DNA of 64,000 bases, taken from contig JAFYPQ010000048.1 of NCBI GenBank assembly GCA_017559955.1, positions 6,450 through 70,449 on the forward strand, in the 5' to 3' direction. The DNA comes from Bacteroidales bacterium. Its GTDB lineage: Bacteria; Bacteroidota; Bacteroidia; Bacteroidales; G3-4614. How positions within the stretch are numbered: position 1 is the stretch's first letter; each line of letters begins with the position of its first letter. Both the position numbers and the translations under genes were made by a program. This document shows positions 1 through 9,063 of the stretch, piece by piece. Below the pieces are notes generated by a model. That model made no database searches. It was not told the origin of the DNA and saw only the letters and a program-made list of their open reading frames with translations.

Positions 1-2291
1 AAACGGTCCATTACCTTAACTATTCTCTCAGAAGAGAATAGACGCATCAAATTATCTTCCAATGAGACGAAGAATACAGATGAACCCGGGTCGCCCTGGC
101 GTCCTGAACGTCCACGTAACTGACGGTCAACACGACGAGACTCATGACGTTCGGTTCCGATAATTGCCAAACCTCCTGCATTTTTCACTGCCTCCGATAG
201 CTTGATATCGGTTCCACGACCTGCCATATTGGTTGCTATGGTTACAGTTCCTCGTTGTCCTGCTTGTGCAACAATATCGGCCTCTTTTTGGTGCAACTTC
301 GCATTCAACACATTATGTTCGATGCGACGCATTTTCAACATCTTACTCAATAGCTCTGAAATTTCAACCGATGTTGTTCCGACCAATACCGGACGTCCTT
401 CTGCTACAAGAGTCTCTATTTCGGCTATTACTGCATTATATTTCTCTCGTTTTGTTTTATAGACCTTATCATTTATGTCGTCACGTAATATGGGGCGATG
501 TGTTGGTATTGTTATTACATCTAATTTATATATATCCCAAAACTCTCCTGCTTCGGTCTCGGCAGTTCCGGTCATTCCCGCCAATTTGTGATACATACGG
601 AAATAGTTTTGCAGTGTTATTGTTGCAAAGGTTTGTGTTGCAGCTTCGACTGTTACTCGCTCTTTTGCCTCAATAGCCTGATGTAATCCGTCTGAATAAC
701 GACGACCTTCCATTATACGTCCGGTCTGCTCATCTACAATTTTTACTTTATTGTCTATTACAACATACTCTTCATCTTTATTGAACAATGCGTATGCTTT
801 TAATAGTTGGTGTACAGTGTGTGTACGCTCTTGTTTTATTGAATAGTCTTGTAGAATAGCATCTTTTTTGTCTTGTTTCTCCTCGGGTGTAAGATTTTGG
901 TTATCTAAGTCTGATATTAAAGAGCCGACGTCAGGCAATACAAAGAAATTGGGGTCATCCATATTCCTTGATATAATGTCTAATCCTTTATCTGTTAAAT
1001 CAACACTATGATTTTTCTCGTCAATTACAAAGAAGAGTGGATCGGTTACTACATGCATTTGACGATTATTCTCTTGCATATAGAAGGCCTCGGTCTCCAA
1101 CATAAGGGCTTTTACTCCCGGTTCACTCAAGAACTTAATCAATGGAGTGTTTTTTGGTAATGCCTTATAGCAACGGAATAGTAACAGGCCTCCCTCTTTG
1201 CGTTCGTCTTTATCGGCTGAGGCTATTTTTTTTCGTGCATCTGCTAATAGTTGTGTTGCCAATGTTCTTTGAGCACGGTACAACTCCTCTACTTTGGGAC
1301 AAAATTGCTCGAAAAGCTGATCTTCGCCTTTTGGTACAGGTCCTGAAATAATCAATGGGGTACGGGCATCGTCAATCAATACCGAGTCAACCTCATCGAC
1401 TATGGCGTAGTTGTGAGCACGTTGCACCAAGTCTTGTGGCGATATTGCCATATTATCACGCAAATAGTCAAAACCAAACTCGTTATTTGTTCCGAAAGTA
1501 ATATCGGCATTATATGCTTTACGGCGTTCGTCCGAGTTTGGTTTGTATTTATCGATACAATCTACCGATAACCCGTGGAACATATAAAGAGGTCCCATCC
1601 ACTCAGAGTCACGTTTTGCCAAATAATCGTTTACTGTTACCACGTGTACTCCGTTTCGTGTTAAGGCATTCAAGAATACGGGTAGGGTTGCTACCAAGGT
1701 TTTTCCCTCACCTGTAGCCATCTCGGCAATTTTTCCTTTATGCAATACCACGCCGCCAAACAACTGTACGTCGTAGTGAACCATATCCCACTTTATTTCG
1801 TTTCCTCCAGCCATCCAGTGGTTTGTATATATTGCCTTGTCGCCTTCGATGCGAACAAAATCTCTTCCTTCTGCTGCCAATGCTCGGTCAAACTCAGTTG
1901 CCGTTACCTCAACCTCTTCATTCTCGGCAAAACGTCGTGCTGTATCTTTAACCACAGAATAGACAACCGGCATTACCTCATTTAATTTTTCTTCATACTT
2001 ATCGAGGACGACTTTCTCCAATTTGTCTATTTCGCTCCAATGCCCTTCACGTTTGTCGTATGGCAATGTCTCTACCTCTGCCTTTAACTCTGCTATACGT
2101 TTCTTCTCTGAAGCTACGGCGTCTTGAATTTCTTGTTTTACCTCATCTATTTTTGTACGTAATTGGTCGTTCGACAGAGATTTTATTGTTTCATATACAA
2201 CTTTTATGGTCTCTACATAAGGCTGTATATCTTTCATATCACGTTGCGATTTGTTTCCAAATATCTTTTTTAATATATCGTTAAATCCCAT
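1..2291 (-). CDS. secA: Preprotein translocase ATPase SecA (N-terminal ~763 aa; C-terminus runs off the window edge)
   Basis: Absent from the ORF track because it is open at position 1. My reverse-strand translation from the ATG (cat at 2289-2291) reads [20 protein letters not shown]...[18 protein letters not shown]...[19 protein letters not shown]...[12 protein letters not shown]...[13 protein letters not shown]...[25 protein letters not shown], which are the classic SecA motor motifs. Confidence 0.95.
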   Translation of the reverse strand, partial: MGFNDILKKIFGNKSQRDMKDIQPYVETIKVVYETIKSLSNDQLRTKIDEVKQEIQDAVASEKKRIAELKAEVETLPYDKREGHWSEIDKLEKVVLDKYEEKLNEVMPVVYSVVKDTARRFAENEEVEVTATEFDRALAAEGRDFVRIEGDKAIYTNHWMAGGNEIKWDMVHYDVQLFGGVVLHKGKIAEMATGEGKTLVATLPVFLNALTRNGVHVVTVNDYLAKRDSEWMGPLYMFHGLSVDCIDKYKPNSDERRKAYNADITFGTNNEFGFDYLRDNMAISPQDLVQRAHNYAIVDEVDSVLIDDARTPLIISGPVPKGEDQLFEQFCPKVEELYRAQRTLATQLLADARKKIASADKDERKEGGLLLFRCYKALPKNTPLIKFLSEPGVKALMLETEAFYMQENNRQMHVVTDPLFFVIDEKNHSVDLTDKGLDIISRNMDDPNFFVLPDVGSLISDLDNQNLTPEEKQDKKDAILQDYSIKQERTHTVHQLLKAYALFNKDEEYVVIDNKVKIVDEQTGRIMEGRRYSDGLHQAIEAKERVTVEAATQTFATITLQNYFRMYHKLAGMTGTAETEAGEFWDIYKLDVITIPTHRPILRDDINDKVYKTKREKYNAVIAEIETLVAEGRPVLVGTTSVEISELLSKMLKMRRIEHNVLNAKLHQKEADIVAQAGQRGTVTIATNMAGRGTDIKLSEAVKNAGGLAIIGTERHESRRVDRQLRGRSGRQGDPGSSVFFVSLEDNLMRLFSSERIVKVMDR

Positions 2292-2306
2292 TTTATTTTT
2301 ATTTAT

Positions 2307-3899
2307 TTATTGATTATTTTCTTTTTTACTTTTTAATATTATCGGATATGATTTTGATGCACTCGGAGCCCGTATTCGTATTGCTCTGCATACAGTTGGA
2401 GCTACTGCAGTTGCATCAATCGGTTCTGATATTCGAACCGGAGTTACATCTTTACCTATGAATATTAATGGCGATGGAACTGCATTGTATTGTATATATT
2501 CATTTTCTTTTCCCTCTTCTTCAAAATTTATCTCCCATCCGGGTTTTATTTCCAATGCTATATCTCCGGAATATTGTCGGCTGTATCGACGCCGTTGCGG
2601 TGCCACTGCAACTATATCGCCGTGTAATATTTGATATGAGGTAAGAGCATCCTGAACTCCTTCCATTTGCGATAAGAACTCGGCACTATTTACCACAAAC
2701 TCTTCATAATCAAGTTCTTTCTTTTTTATCAGTTCTCGATTTAAGAATATCTCTCTGTCATGATAACCCAACACCCAATTCTCGTGGCCGTACATTGCCA
2801 TCAAATAATAATTTAGCAGTGCTGTTGCTCGTCGAGGATAGAATTCGCCCGTAGGCACTCCGTATAATCCATAAGGGCGGGCTTCGGTTTTGCTATAACC
2901 TGTTGATACTATAAATATAAATGCGTTGTCTATTCCTACCGTGTTGTCAATAAACGATAATAATTGCTCAATCTCTTTGTCCAATCTTACATAAATATCC
3001 TGTATCTCAACCCCGTAATCTCTAACATTCAACTCTCTATAGTTTCCTGCATAGTATCCGATGGTAAGCATATCTGGAATTGAACCTTTTCCTAATCGAG
3101 CCTTCTCTATTACTGAACACGCTACGGTTGTTACCTCGGTATTTATTAATGCCGACTGTTTTAGATATTTGTATTTATTATCGTCCTCAAAGAAATATTT
3201 AAACGAGAATTCTGGGTGGTTGTATGGTATGCCGTCGTATTGAGAGAGTGGCAATAGTGGCGACCACACGGTTTTGTTTATACGACTGTCGATGCCATTT
3301 TTTATGTTATGCTCGGTAATAAACATCGGAACCTCTTTATAATATGTAGAGGTTGCCCATTTGCCATTCTCTTCACTTAACCAAAAGGCTGCGTTTGCTG
3401 CATGCCCGCCCGATATTATAGCCACCTCTGATGTGGGAGCAACCGAATATATTCTTGCTTCGCCTGATGTACCGGATTTTAATTCGTCGGTTATTGTTGA
3501 TACAGCGATATTTCGAGGCGAGAGTGTTTCTGTTGTGAAGTTACCTAATTGATTTTTATCATACAATATAGATTGCTCATCTCTCTTCTCTTTGTTAAAT
3601 CGTGTTGTTGATGTTATTGAATGAGTCGAGGGATATGCTCCTGTGTATATTGTTGCTACGGATGAGGCTCTTGTTATATTATCATATCCGTAATCTATAT
3701 TTTCATATACCGCACCCTCTTTTATTAATCGTTTAAATCCGCCTTCACCAAACAGGTGTTGCATCATATCTATATAATCGGTACGAAGTTGATCAATTGT
3801 TATGCCTACTACCAATTTGGGTATGTCGGCACTCCTCTCTTGCGACTGCATAGAGGTTGAAAATATCAACAATATCAATGGTGCTAAAAACCTATTCAT
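2307..3899 (-). CDS. Alkaline phosphatase superfamily protein (nucleotide pyrophosphatase/phosphodiesterase-like), secreted
   Basis: 530 aa with an N-terminal signal peptide. The metal-site-like N-terminal motif GITIDQLRTDY is typical of AP-superfamily enzymes. It ends 15 nt upstream of secA. Confidence 0.65.
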   Translation of the reverse strand: MNRFLAPLILLIFSTSMQSQERSADIPKLVVGITIDQLRTDYIDMMQHLFGEGGFKRLIKEGAVYENIDYGYDNITRASSVATIYTGAYPSTHSITSTTRFNKEKRDEQSILYDKNQLGNFTTETLSPRNIAVSTITDELKSGTSGEARIYSVAPTSEVAIISGGHAANAAFWLSEENGKWATSTYYKEVPMFITEHNIKNGIDSRINKTVWSPLLPLSQYDGIPYNHPEFSFKYFFEDDNKYKYLKQSALINTEVTTVACSVIEKARLGKGSIPDMLTIGYYAGNYRELNVRDYGVEIQDIYVRLDKEIEQLLSFIDNTVGIDNAFIFIVSTGYSKTEARPYGLYGVPTGEFYPRRATALLNYYLMAMYGHENWVLGYHDREIFLNRELIKKKELDYEEFVVNSAEFLSQMEGVQDALTSYQILHGDIVAVAPQRRRYSRQYSGDIALEIKPGWEINFEEEGKENEYIQYNAVPSPLIFIGKDVTPVRISEPIDATAVAPTVCRAIRIRAPSASKSYPIILKSKKENNQ

Positions 3900-3911
3900 C
3901 TGTTTTACCGA

Positions 3912-5129
3912 TTATCTTTTCTTATTTTTGCTTCGTTCTACCCTTATGTATGTTATTGTTCGCACTAACAATATTGCTATTAACAATATTGTTGCCGTGT
4001 TTATCTCTTGTGGTATAAATATTATAAACAACGAGTAAAGTAGCAAAACCGCAAAATTAATAAAATGATAGCAATATAGAAACTTTTGAGCTTTTCTAAT
4101 CCAAATAAATGGCAACATTACCAACCATACCGGATGCAGCCACATTGCATTTATATTTGCCGATACTGCCGGATGCTCCGAAAAGAGCAATAAAAAATAT
4201 ATTACCAATCCTAACATTCCACATATAAAGAATATTATTGTATCAACCAATCTGAAATGTCGTACTATTATAATCTCCATTAGCGATAATATTACAATTA
4301 TCACAAATAGTGATATTGAAAAATTATTAGGAGTTATGTAATTAAATATTGTTCCGTCGTTTTTAGACTCTCGGGCTTTTAAAACCTCCTTAGGTTCGCC
4401 CGCCAACTTCACCATTTCTCCATTACGTTCGATAGTTGACTCCTTAAATATCTTCTCTGTGATATGAGGCAAGAAGGGTTTATCGGGCAACGATATTTGC
4501 GCATCTGCCTCGCCATCAAGAATAAGGTCAAGCCCGAATGTCAACCACTTATCCCCTTTTATGCATTCGTGAATAAGGTCTCGATAAGTTGGCAACTCCG
4601 CTCCCTCAGATTCGAGAAGCATTTTCCCATTCAGATTTTTTTCTATTATGTTTAATGGTCGTGTTGCACAATTGTCATAGAGGAACGAATATCGATATGT
4701 CTGATTTTCGGGCAACATATTCTCCAACAATGCCTCATATAGTTTATGAGCCTCTTCTTGTGTAAGGTATAGCGGTAACTCTCTAACACTGCTTCCCCTT
4801 ATGGCATACATTGTTAAAAAGTCGTGATAGTGCATACACCCTATCATATAATCGGTTTCGCCCTTTACAAAACGATACTCAAAGTGTGGCTCTTCAAACG
4901 AAAACAGTCCATAATGATATACTCCATCAAACTTCTTTGACGGAATATGTATCCTTATTCCTGTATGCCCAAATCGTTCGTATATCTGCTTTCCTTGTGA
5001 TGCCGTCAGCAACGATACAGATATAGTGTCGTTTTGGGTTAAGCCGGTTTTTATTTGAGATGCTTTTACTTGTGTTATATTTAGTAGTAATATAGCTACA
5101 AGAAAAACATTTACTATTATGTTTCGCAT
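3912..5129 (-). CDS. DUF4105-family membrane protein (the family that includes the Bacteroides lipoprotein N-acyltransferase Lnb)
   Basis: 405 aa. Signal peptide, then a periplasmic domain with the YERFGHTGIRI motif I associate with DUF4105, followed by several C-terminal TM helices (FSISLFVIIVILSL..., LGLVIYFLLLF..., WLVMLPFIW...). Confidence 0.5.
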   Translation of the reverse strand: MRNIIVNVFLVAILLLNITQVKASQIKTGLTQNDTISVSLLTASQGKQIYERFGHTGIRIHIPSKKFDGVYHYGLFSFEEPHFEYRFVKGETDYMIGCMHYHDFLTMYAIRGSSVRELPLYLTQEEAHKLYEALLENMLPENQTYRYSFLYDNCATRPLNIIEKNLNGKMLLESEGAELPTYRDLIHECIKGDKWLTFGLDLILDGEADAQISLPDKPFLPHITEKIFKESTIERNGEMVKLAGEPKEVLKARESKNDGTIFNYITPNNFSISLFVIIVILSLMEIIIVRHFRLVDTIIFFICGMLGLVIYFLLLFSEHPAVSANINAMWLHPVWLVMLPFIWIRKAQKFLYCYHFINFAVLLLYSLFIIFIPQEINTATILLIAILLVRTITYIRVERSKNKKR

Positions 5130-5138
5130 AATTATTCT

Positions 5139-6371
5139 CTATTTTGAGTTGGCTCTCAAAGTTGTTTTTCTATTGTCAACTCCCGATGCTCTTTGATATG
5201 GTTTTAACTCAAAATCGGACATTACGGCTATTATATGATCCATTACATCTGATGCAAAGTTCTCGTAATAGACCCAATCCTTATTTGCACTAAAAAAGTA
5301 TATTTCAAAGGGTAGTCCCTCTGATGATGGTTCTAAGTAACGAACCATTTTTGTTGCATCTTTTGCAGTATCAGAGTTGTTTCTTATATAGCTTTCGATA
5401 TATACTCTGAAGAGTTTTATATTTGTTATATCTCCACGTTCTTTATCTTTCGACGAACGATTTGCTACATAATCGGCTATTGCTTTATATTTTTTAGACA
5501 ATTGAGCTATCAGTTCTTCTCTTGCAAACTCTATGCAATACATATCTATCTCTATGGCTCGCTTTATTCTGCGACCATTTGATTCGCTCATCCCTCGCCA
5601 ATTTTGGAAAGAATCGTTCATCAAAGCGATAGGTGGTATTGTTGTTATTGTATTGTCAAAATTACGAACTTTCACGGTATTGAGAGTTACCTCTAACACA
5701 TCTCCGTCTATATTCTTACCCGGAACTGTTATCCAATCACCGGGGCGAAGCATATCGTTGTACGATAGTTGTATTCCTGCTATTAATCCAACAAATGAAT
5801 CTTTAAATATCAATGTCAGGATTGCTGCCGAGGCTCCCAATCCCGCTATCAATGTTCCAATCGATTCGTCTATCATTACCGCTATCATAACCAATATGCC
5901 GATAAATACCATCAACATTTGAAATACTTGGAAAATTCCTTTCAATGAGCGGTCTTTAAATCTCTCACTGCTAACTGCCAAATCGTATGCAAATGTTATA
6001 AGTCCCGAAATTGTTCTCATAACCTCGGCAATTATATATAGCACACTTAATTTTGCACAAAATTGATAGGCAAACATATCTTGGGGCAAGACCGAGGGCA
6101 ACATCAGATATACGATTATTGCAGGAACTATATTTGAAATTCTATTGGGTAATTTCCTTTCAAATAGTTTATCGTCCCACTTTACCTTTGATCTGCTCGC
6201 CAATTTTCGCAATGGAGAAGTTATTATCCAACGAGAAATATATGCACTTAATATTGAGACAGCTACTACTAAACCACCCAATATTATTCGAGCAAACAAC
6301 TCTTCATTTCCATTGGCAATTTTATATTCTTGCAACCAGGTTTGTATATATTCTAATATTTCTACTCCCAT
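5139..6371 (-). CDS. Mechanosensitive ion channel (MscS family)
   Basis: 410 aa. N-terminal TM helices, then the MscS pore/beta-domain pattern GLGASAAILTLIFKDSFVGLIAGIQLSYNDMLRPGDWITV...GDVLEVTLNTVKVRNFDNTITTIP. Confidence 0.8.
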   Translation of the reverse strand: MGVEILEYIQTWLQEYKIANGNEELFARIILGGLVVAVSILSAYISRWIITSPLRKLASRSKVKWDDKLFERKLPNRISNIVPAIIVYLMLPSVLPQDMFAYQFCAKLSVLYIIAEVMRTISGLITFAYDLAVSSERFKDRSLKGIFQVFQMLMVFIGILVMIAVMIDESIGTLIAGLGASAAILTLIFKDSFVGLIAGIQLSYNDMLRPGDWITVPGKNIDGDVLEVTLNTVKVRNFDNTITTIPPIALMNDSFQNWRGMSESNGRRIKRAIEIDMYCIEFAREELIAQLSKKYKAIADYVANRSSKDKERGDITNIKLFRVYIESYIRNNSDTAKDATKMVRYLEPSSEGLPFEIYFFSANKDWVYYENFASDVMDHIIAVMSDFELKPYQRASGVDNRKTTLRANSK

Positions 6372-6383
6372 ATTTTGGTTTAT

Positions 6384-6776
6384 CTATTTTCTAATTTCGG
6401 TCAATTTAAACATCTGCTCCATCATTTGCCACTTCTCGGTCGATGATGCTCCCTCAGGTGCTTTTTGAAATGCTCCGACAAATGCTTCCCACTCATCTTG
6501 CCCCGGCATCTGTGCTAATTTACCGAACGCCTCATCCCAATTGAAATCGATTGGAGTTTCTACTATCATAAACAAACGTGTTCCCAATATATATATCTCC
6601 ATATCTATTATCCCTATGGAGCGTAAACCTGCAGGAACTATATCCCATATATGCTCTGATTGATGATATTTTCGATATTCTGCTATCTTTTCAGCATCAT
6701 TCACCAAGTCTAATGTTTGACAAAATCTTTTGGTTAGTTTATGTTCATTAACCTCTTTATATCCTTGTTTTTCCAT
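6384..6776 (-). CDS. L-rhamnose mutarotase-like protein (RhaM/DUF718 fold)
   Basis: 130 aa. Motif EYRKYHQSEHIWDIVPAGLRSIGIIDMEIY...LFMIVE matches the Y..H...WPE...I.n..I dimeric alpha-beta barrel mutarotase pattern. Confidence 0.6.
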   Translation of the reverse strand: MEKQGYKEVNEHKLTKRFCQTLDLVNDAEKIAEYRKYHQSEHIWDIVPAGLRSIGIIDMEIYILGTRLFMIVETPIDFNWDEAFGKLAQMPGQDEWEAFVGAFQKAPEGASSTEKWQMMEQMFKLTEIRK

Positions 6777-6867
6777 GGTTTTACAATAAATTTTAAATGG
6801 CTTTTATATATTCTACAAAATTACTACTTTATTTACAAACAGTATATTATTATCAGTTATTTTTATT

Positions 6868-7080
6868 TTATGCCATAGGCTGACTATACAGATAATAAGC
6901 CATACATAATATTAATACTCCGACTATTCCATAAAAGGCTCTCGCCCCTTTTTTACCCAAAAGCTTTACAAACAGTCGTCCGTTCTCACTTGTAAAGAAC
7001 CATTTAAAGTTAAACGTCGCCGCCATAATTGACAATACTCCTAATATTGCAAATATGATTGCCGCTATTATATTCAACAT
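6868..7080 (-). CDS. Small two-TM membrane protein, Imm17-like
   Basis: 70 aa with two hydrophobic helices flanking NFKWFFTSENGRLFVKLLGKKGARAFYG. This resembles my recollection of the Imm17 immunity-protein family. It is the last gene of the porW-porX-tsaE string. Confidence 0.4.
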   Translation of the reverse strand: MLNIIAAIIFAILGVLSIMAATFNFKWFFTSENGRLFVKLLGKKGARAFYGIVGVLILCMAYYLYSQPMA

Positions 7081-7085
7081 CGTTC

Positions 7086-7514
7086 CTATATGGGTTTACA
7101 AACTACTTGGCGAAGTGAATTTTCCTTCTCTTCAACTGTTACTATAATGGTTTCGGGTGGTAATAATTCTTCTATCTTTTCACTCCACTCCATAAAGCAC
7201 AATGCTCCGCTGTAAAAATAGTCTTCATAGCCAAGGTCATATACCTCTTCTAACTTATTTATCCTATAAAAATCGAAATGATATACCAACTCTCCTGTTG
7301 TATCTGAGCGATACTCATTTACTATTGCAAATGTCGGACTGTTTACTCCTTCACTTATTCCCAACTCTTCGCATATTGCTTTTATAAAAGTTGTTTTTCC
7401 TGCTCCCATCTTTCCGTAAAAGGCAAATACTGTGGCATCTCCCATATTACGAATAAACTCTCGAGCTGTTTCGTTTATCTTCTCTAATGAGGGTATCTCT
7501 AATGTTATATCCAT
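7086..7514 (-). CDS. tsaE: tRNA t6A37 threonylcarbamoyl-adenosine biosynthesis protein TsaE
   Basis: 142 aa. P-loop [12 protein letters not shown] and [10 protein letters not shown] motifs characteristic of YjeE/TsaE. Confidence 0.9.
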   Translation of the reverse strand: MDITLEIPSLEKINETAREFIRNMGDATVFAFYGKMGAGKTTFIKAICEELGISEGVNSPTFAIVNEYRSDTTGELVYHFDFYRINKLEEVYDLGYEDYFYSGALCFMEWSEKIEELLPPETIIVTVEEKENSLRQVVCKPI

Positions 7515-7521
7515 AATTTCG

Positions 7522-9063
7522 CTATTTTTTTGTCAGGGTTACTAATGGTATTATCATCTCTTCCATCGATATTCCTCCATGCTGAAATGTATCTTTATAA
7601 TAGCCAACATAATAGTTATAATTGTTGGGATAAGCAAAGAAATCGTTATCGGTGGCAAATATATATGTTGAACTTATATTCAATGATGGCAAACCAAATT
7701 TCTCGGGATTTTTTATCTCATAAACCTGCTTAGGATTGTAACCCAACATCTTTCCTACTTTGTAGCGTAGATTTGTATTTGTATTTTTATCGCCCACCAC
7801 TTTAATAGGATTATCAACATATATTGTTCCGTGGTCGGTTGTTAAAACTATCTTGTAGCCCATATCAGCCATCTTTTTAAGAAGGTCCAACGCCGGTGAG
7901 TGTTTAAACCACGATTCGGTCAACGAGCGATATGCTGCTCCTGTTGATGCCAACTCCCGTATCATTTTCGATTCGGTTCGTGCATGCGACAGCATATCTA
8001 TAAAGTTAATTACACATACATTCAATTGATTGCTATTCAAATTCGATATCCTCTGTAAAACTTTTTCGGCAAACGCAGAATCGTTTATCTTTGTATATGA
8101 GAAACTATATTTCTTCCTATATCTATCTATTTGTGTTTGGATTAAAGGTGATTCATTTAAGTTTTTACCCTCATCTTCGTCTTCATCAACCCACAAATCA
8201 GGAAACATTTTTGCAATTTTATCGGGCATTAATCCTGAAAATATTGCATTGCGTGAATATTGTGTTGCTGTTGGCAATATGCTATAATAGACCTCTTCGT
8301 CGGCATAAAAATAGTCATCCAATAAAGGCTTAATGGTTTTCCACTGATCGAGGCGGAAATTATCTATTAGTACAAAAAATATCTTCTCTCCTTTATCTAA
8401 GCCTGGGAATAGTTTTGTTTTAAAAATCTCATTACTCATTAATGGGTGTTCCTCAGTTGTTACCCAATCTTCATAATTTTTCTTTACAAACTTTACAAAT
8501 GCTGCATTAGCTTCACGTTTCTGCATTTCAAGCATCGGTAACAATTCGCTTGACGTTTGTTGTAATTCCAACTCCCAATATACCAAACGTTTGTAAACCT
8601 CTTCCCAATCTTTGGCTGTTCTTGCATCCCCTATCTGCATTGATAGTTTTGCAAACTCTTGTTGGTAGGCATGTGTCGATTTTTCTTGTATTATTTCTCT
8701 ACTGTTAAGATTCTTTTTTATTGTCAAGAGTATTTGATTTGGATTTACAGGTTTTATCAAATAGTCGGATATTTTTCGTCCTATTGCCTGTTCCATTATA
8801 TTCTCCTCTTCACTTTTAGTTATCATAACCACTGGGATATGAGGATGTTGCTCTTTTATTATGGTCAGTGTCTCTATTCCGTTTAATCCCGGCATATTTT
8901 CGTCCAATATTACCAAATCGAACGACTCTCCGTTACACATATCTATCGCATCTTGTCCGTTTGTTACGGTTGTAACATCGTATCCTTTCTGTTCAAGAAA
9001 ATAGATGTGCGGTTTTAAAATATCTATTTCATCATCAGCCCAAAGGATGGTCTCTTTTCTCAT
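7522..9063 (-). CDS. porX: T9SS response regulator PorX (receiver domain plus PglZ/alkaline-phosphatase-like domain)
   Basis: 513 aa. The N-terminal CheY-like receiver ([25 protein letters not shown]...[14 protein letters not shown]) is fused to a PglZ-type domain ([12 protein letters not shown]...TTDHGT). This is the same architecture as P. gingivalis PorX. Confidence 0.85.
   Translation of the reverse strand: MRKETILWADDEIDILKPHIYFLEQKGYDVTTVTNGQDAIDMCNGESFDLVILDENMPGLNGIETLTIIKEQHPHIPVVMITKSEEENIMEQAIGRKISDYLIKPVNPNQILLTIKKNLNSREIIQEKSTHAYQQEFAKLSMQIGDARTAKDWEEVYKRLVYWELELQQTSSELLPMLEMQKREANAAFVKFVKKNYEDWVTTEEHPLMSNEIFKTKLFPGLDKGEKIFFVLIDNFRLDQWKTIKPLLDDYFYADEEVYYSILPTATQYSRNAIFSGLMPDKIAKMFPDLWVDEDEDEGKNLNESPLIQTQIDRYRKKYSFSYTKINDSAFAEKVLQRISNLNSNQLNVCVINFIDMLSHARTESKMIRELASTGAAYRSLTESWFKHSPALDLLKKMADMGYKIVLTTDHGTIYVDNPIKVVGDKNTNTNLRYKVGKMLGYNPKQVYEIKNPEKFGLPSLNISSTYIFATDNDFFAYPNNYNYYVGYYKDTFQHGGISMEEMIIPLVTLTKK

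Noticed and set aside
6384-6776. The L-rhamnose mutarotase-like gene as a sign of a rhamnose utilisation locus or PUL
   Set aside because: No rhamnose isomerase, kinase, aldolase, transporter or SusC/D genes are nearby. It is a single gene inside a housekeeping string.
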